Positions 41,328 through 43,901 of a stretch of 43,901 nucleotides of DNA are shown piece by piece. A program made the position numbers and the translations under genes. A model generated the notes under the pieces. The model was not told the DNA's origin. It made no database searches and was given only the letters and a program-made list of their open reading frames with translations. The DNA lies in IMG/VR virus record IMGVR_UViG_3300045988_025911; one strand, given 5' to 3'. The first letter of the stretch is position 1. Each line of letters opens with the position of its first letter. The stretch comes from a virus.

Positions 41328-41686
41328 TGCCTAATTTTTTCGAAGTTGTTGACAGAAGCGGGATAAAAGTATTCTGCACAAAAGAGCAGTGGGATTCTCA
41401 TGTGGCGCTTAACCACAGCATCATGGTTTCAAACGTAGACGCAATCGTGGAGACGATTCGGGAGCCGGAACTAATTTTGCCAAGTCATGACACGAACCCT
41501 CCGCTAGATGAACGTCGGATATATACAAAAGAATCGAAAAGTGCTACATACTACCCGAAACTCAAATATACGCACGTCGTTGTGTCTGTCTGCGGCGGAT
41601 CAGGCGAAGTTGTAACCGCATATCCTAATAACAACAAGAAAAGTGGCTGTGGAGAAGGTGAGGCGATATATGTTGCAGAAGAATAG
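41327..41686 (+). CDS. Putative toxin-like protein (DUF4258-like pattern)
   Basis: TGATG overlap with the upstream stop. The pattern HV..NH......V..IVETIREPELIL...Y.K.....VVV....GEVVTAYP resembles small toxin families paired with DUF2283. Assigned by eye only. Confidence 0.5.
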   Translation: MPNFFEVVDRSGIKVFCTKEQWDSHVALNHSIMVSNVDAIVETIREPELILPSHDTNPPLDERRIYTKESKSATYYPKLKYTHVVVSVCGGSGEVVTAYPNNNKKSGCGEGEAIYVAEE

Positions 41687-41927
41687 CATCGTATTTGACT
41701 ACGACAAGAAATTCGACGTCCTGTACATTGCCCTCGGTGACCGCAGTAATTCTTATGGTGATGATTCCGACGGGAATGTGATCTATCTGAAAGACATTGA
41801 CACGGATGAATTGACCGGGATAACGATCATGAATTTTAAGAAGAAGTATATCGAAAATAAACTTCCTGCATTTTCAAAGAGCATCCGAAATGTGCTGCAT
41901 GACGCTGAGAAAGTAGTTATGCAGTAA
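41670..41927 (+). CDS. DUF2283-like protein (putative antitoxin partner)
   Basis: GGAGAAGGTGAGG RBS. FDYDKKFDVLYIALGD......GNVIYLKDIDTDELTGITIMNF matches the DUF2283 pattern. Overlaps the upstream gene by 17 nt. Confidence 0.6.
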   Translation: MLQKNSIVFDYDKKFDVLYIALGDRSNSYGDDSDGNVIYLKDIDTDELTGITIMNFKKKYIENKLPAFSKSIRNVLHDAEKVVMQ

Positions 41928-41956
41928 TTGACAGTTGACTACTGAGCGTATATAAT
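41928..41956 (+). promoter_or_regulatory. Perfect consensus sigma-70 promoter TTGACA-17-TATAAT
   Basis: TTGACA at 41928-41933, exactly 17 nt of spacer, TATAAT at 41951-41956. Confidence 0.7.
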
Positions 41957-41962
41957 ATGTGT

Positions 41963-42074
41963 GTAGCACAAAAGGATACTCGGTATTCTTTCCAAGGGCT
42001 GGTGCCTGCACCGGCCCCGTTTTTCTATATACAAGGCAGCCACTCCGTAAGGGGTGGCTGTTTTTATATTTTTT
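41963..42074 (+). ncRNA. Candidate small RNA or attenuator leader with two tandem intrinsic terminators
   Basis: No ORF or RBS. Terminator 1 at 41996-42025 (9-bp stem plus T5). Terminator 2 at 42037-42074 (10-bp stem CAGCCACTCC/GGGGTGGCTG, GTAA loop, TTTTTATATTTTTT). Confidence 0.5.
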
Positions 42075-42175
42075 GTGCCCGAAAAGTGTCCGAAGAGTTG
42101 GTTTTTTGTTCTTCGTGGATGCCTCATAATGAGCATAGGAGCTGGCCAGCTTACTATTTTATCGGAGGTACTACT

Positions 42176-42757
42176 ATGGAATACGCAAGCAATGGCAAGG
42201 CCAATGCGGCCCTGACCACTGGTATCATCGGCACGGCGGGCGTCGGCCTCGGACTGCTCGGCAGTCTGCTCGGCGGAGGCTGGGGCGGTATCGGCGCAAA
42301 TCCGGCTGCTGCGGCTGTAGCGGCGGGCATGTGCAGCGAGAATATGCCTGTCACGCGCTATGAGCTGGAAAGAGAAAACCAGCTCGCGCAGAAGGACAGC
42401 GAGATCGCGACGCTCAAGGCAAACACCTACAACGATCAGAAGATGCTGGAGATGTACGCTTACATCGACGGCCAGCTCAAGGACGTGCGGAAGTCCCTGT
42501 GCGATCAGGCAGTCCACAACCAGCGCACCGAGGACAGCTTCGTGCTGGCCCGCCAGGACATCGCGTCCGTCAAGGACGAGCTGCACCGCGAGATCGAGAT
42601 GGAGGCCGAACGGCGCTGCTGCGGCGACAACAGCATTGTCACCTATGCCAATGCGACCTTTTATCCGAAGCAGGTGGCAGACGTCACCACCGGCACAGCA
42701 ACCACGGCGCAGACGCTCTACAACCCGCTTCCGAAGTGCGGGTGCTGCAACAAGTAA
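42176..42757 (+). CDS. Membrane-associated protein with Gly-rich N-terminus, coiled coil and C-terminal Cys cluster
   Basis: GGAGG RBS. N-terminal GIIGTAGVGLGLLGSLLGGGWGGIG, a central heptad region, internal RRCCGD and terminal KCGCCNK. Confidence 0.65.
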   Translation: MEYASNGKANAALTTGIIGTAGVGLGLLGSLLGGGWGGIGANPAAAAVAAGMCSENMPVTRYELERENQLAQKDSEIATLKANTYNDQKMLEMYAYIDGQLKDVRKSLCDQAVHNQRTEDSFVLARQDIASVKDELHREIEMEAERRCCGDNSIVTYANATFYPKQVADVTTGTATTAQTLYNPLPKCGCCNK

Positions 42758-42806
42758 ACCAAAGGGGCGGCAATAGCCGCCCCGATCTTAACACGGAGGT
42801 ATCCTC

Positions 42807-43145
42807 ATGGTAACGATCGATCAGGCAATGCGAGGTGCGGCAAAATTCGCCGACAATGAGATCATTCCCCATCTGCCGACGGGCAAGGGCATTGGAGCCG
42901 GGATCGCGCTTGCGCTTATCATGGATGGCGGCAAGGCGCAGCTGCTCAAGCTGCGTGAAAATCCGGCGGTGCAGATGATGGGCGTGATGGACGAGGCCGG
43001 GAACATCGACCTTGACAGGCTATATAATGCGGCAAGGCCACGCTTTGACGGCCAGAAGCTGCCGGTCACGGTGCCGATCATTGGCGAGCTGCGCTTCGAT
43101 GTGAGCGATCTCGATAAGCTTTACAGATACATACAGGAGGCGTGA
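42807..43145 (+). CDS. Hypothetical protein (112 aa)
   Basis: GGAGG RBS. One hydrophobic segment, GIGAGIALALIM. Confidence 0.6.
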   Translation: MVTIDQAMRGAAKFADNEIIPHLPTGKGIGAGIALALIMDGGKAQLLKLRENPAVQMMGVMDEAGNIDLDRLYNAARPRFDGQKLPVTVPIIGELRFDVSDLDKLYRYIQEA

Positions 43146-43147
43146 GC

Positions 43148-43633
43148 ATGAAAGATTACATCAACGGACTGTACGCGCGGCTGGAGGAGCTTTCCGAAAA
43201 GCCGCTGACACTGGGACACATCGAAGAGGCTGATGCAGTGGCGGGCCTCCTGTGCCGCCTGCATAAGCTTGATGGCATGGACGGAGACCATTTTCGTGAG
43301 TCCACGAAAATGATGGATTTCACCCGCGAGGACGCGATGCACTGGGCGGAGCACATGCAGAACGCCGACGGCACGGTTGGGCCGCACTGGACGATGGATC
43401 AGACTTCCGCCGTCGCGGATGCGAGCGGCATCCCGCACGACATCCCCCGCTGGGCGTGGGGTGTGGCCATGAACATGATGTACTCGGACTACTACGAAGT
43501 GGCGCGGAAGTTCGGTGTAAACGCGCCGGAGTTCTACGCGGAACTGGCGCGGGCATTTTTGATGGACAAGGACGGCCCCGGCCCGGAGGAAAAGCTTTGT
43601 GCGTATTACAGGTGCATTGCCCATAACAAATAG
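43148..43633 (+). CDS. Conserved-looking hypothetical protein (161 aa)
   Basis: AGGAGG 8 nt upstream of ATG 43148. The segment HWAEHMQNADGTVGPHWTMDQT...MNMMYSDYYEVARKFGVN is one I recall as recurrent in Firmicutes prophages/plasmids. Function unknown. Confidence 0.65.
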   Translation: MKDYINGLYARLEELSEKPLTLGHIEEADAVAGLLCRLHKLDGMDGDHFRESTKMMDFTREDAMHWAEHMQNADGTVGPHWTMDQTSAVADASGIPHDIPRWAWGVAMNMMYSDYYEVARKFGVNAPEFYAELARAFLMDKDGPGPEEKLCAYYRCIAHNK

Positions 43634-43687
43634 AAGGGTGTATGATGCGGTGATGCGGAAGATCAAAGGCATATCCTGAAATAAATA

Positions 43688-43711
43688 TGTAACATATAAT
43701 GTAGCATACAG
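43688..43711. promoter_or_regulatory. ATGTAACATA / ATGTAGCATACAG repeats, candidate integrase arm-type sites (right arm)
   Basis: TGTAGCATACAG (43700-43711) is identical to 117-128. A degenerate copy TGTAACATA lies at 43689-43697. Confidence 0.4.
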
Positions 43712-43790
43712 GAAACGATTTTACGTTATCACATTTATCAAAACAAAACGTTCGAGTCCCGCCGCAGATGCGAGCAAAGACAGTATAGAG

Positions 43791-43833
43791 CATAAAAAGT
43801 GCCGATTTTAGCCTCAACACAGCTAAAATCGGC
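43791..43833 (-). terminator. Phage-borne intrinsic terminator directly downstream of the tRNA-Ser 3-prime end
   Basis: 12-bp stem GCCGATTTTAGC/GCTAAAATCGGC (43801-43833). On the minus strand it is followed by CACTTTTTAT. It begins 4 nt after the tRNA CCA. Confidence 0.7.
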
Positions 43834-43901
43834 ACTTTGGCGCGGAAGGAGAGATTCGAACTCTCGCTCGCTTTTTAGACGACTACTCCCTTAGCAGGGG
43901 A
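43834..43901. repeat. attR: right copy of the 68-bp direct repeat
   Basis: Identical to 1-68. Confidence 0.85.
43838..43901 (-). tRNA. tRNA-Ser (anticodon GCT), 3-prime portion; the 5-prime part runs off the window
   Basis: Read on the minus strand: anticodon loop CTGCTAA, long variable arm (class II tRNA), T arm GAGAG-TTCGAAT-CTCTC, acceptor strand CTTCCGC, discriminator G, CCA. This copy faces host DNA on its 5-prime side, so it is probably the intact gene. Confidence 0.7.

Noticed and set aside
43748-43765. TTCGAGTCCCGCC resembles a tRNA T-loop and 3-prime stem. It could be a relic of another att site.
   Set aside because: The complementary 5-prime stem, acceptor strand and remaining cloverleaf elements are absent. 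A 13-nt resemblance alone is not evidence.

Overview
The window is essentially one complete integrated temperate phage, siphovirus-type with Firmicutes/Clostridia-like gene content, about 43.8 kb long. It is bounded by an identical 68-bp direct repeat (1-68 and 43834-43901) that matches the 3-prime part of a minus-strand tRNA-Ser(GCU). Gene order, left to right: (1) integrase and a minus-strand lysogeny block (132-3411); (2) a CI/Cro-type switch; (3) a long plus-strand early region with a Rad52-like annealase, NinB-like protein, HNH, SSB, a replication organiser, many small Cys-rich ORFs, two C5 DNA methyltransferases (one frameshifted), a ThyX-like enzyme and a RuvC-like resolvase; (4) a counter-oriented three-gene operon ending in a minimal FtsK-type ATPase, with a divergent RHH gene (16.7-19.1 kb), which is my top candidate for an undescribed accessory or defence-like system; (5) TerS and TerL; (6) an RNA-gene island with tRNA-Asn, an atypical 8/4 tRNA-like molecule and tRNA-Met; (7) portal, head and tail genes with a -1 frameshift chaperone, a collagen-like fibre and a fibre-linked metallophosphoesterase; (8) holins and an amidase; (9) a right-arm cargo region with a TA-like operon, a small RNA behind a consensus promoter, and Gly/Cys-rich membrane proteins. 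All functional calls rest on motif recognition by eye. No database search, RNA folding or statistics could be run.
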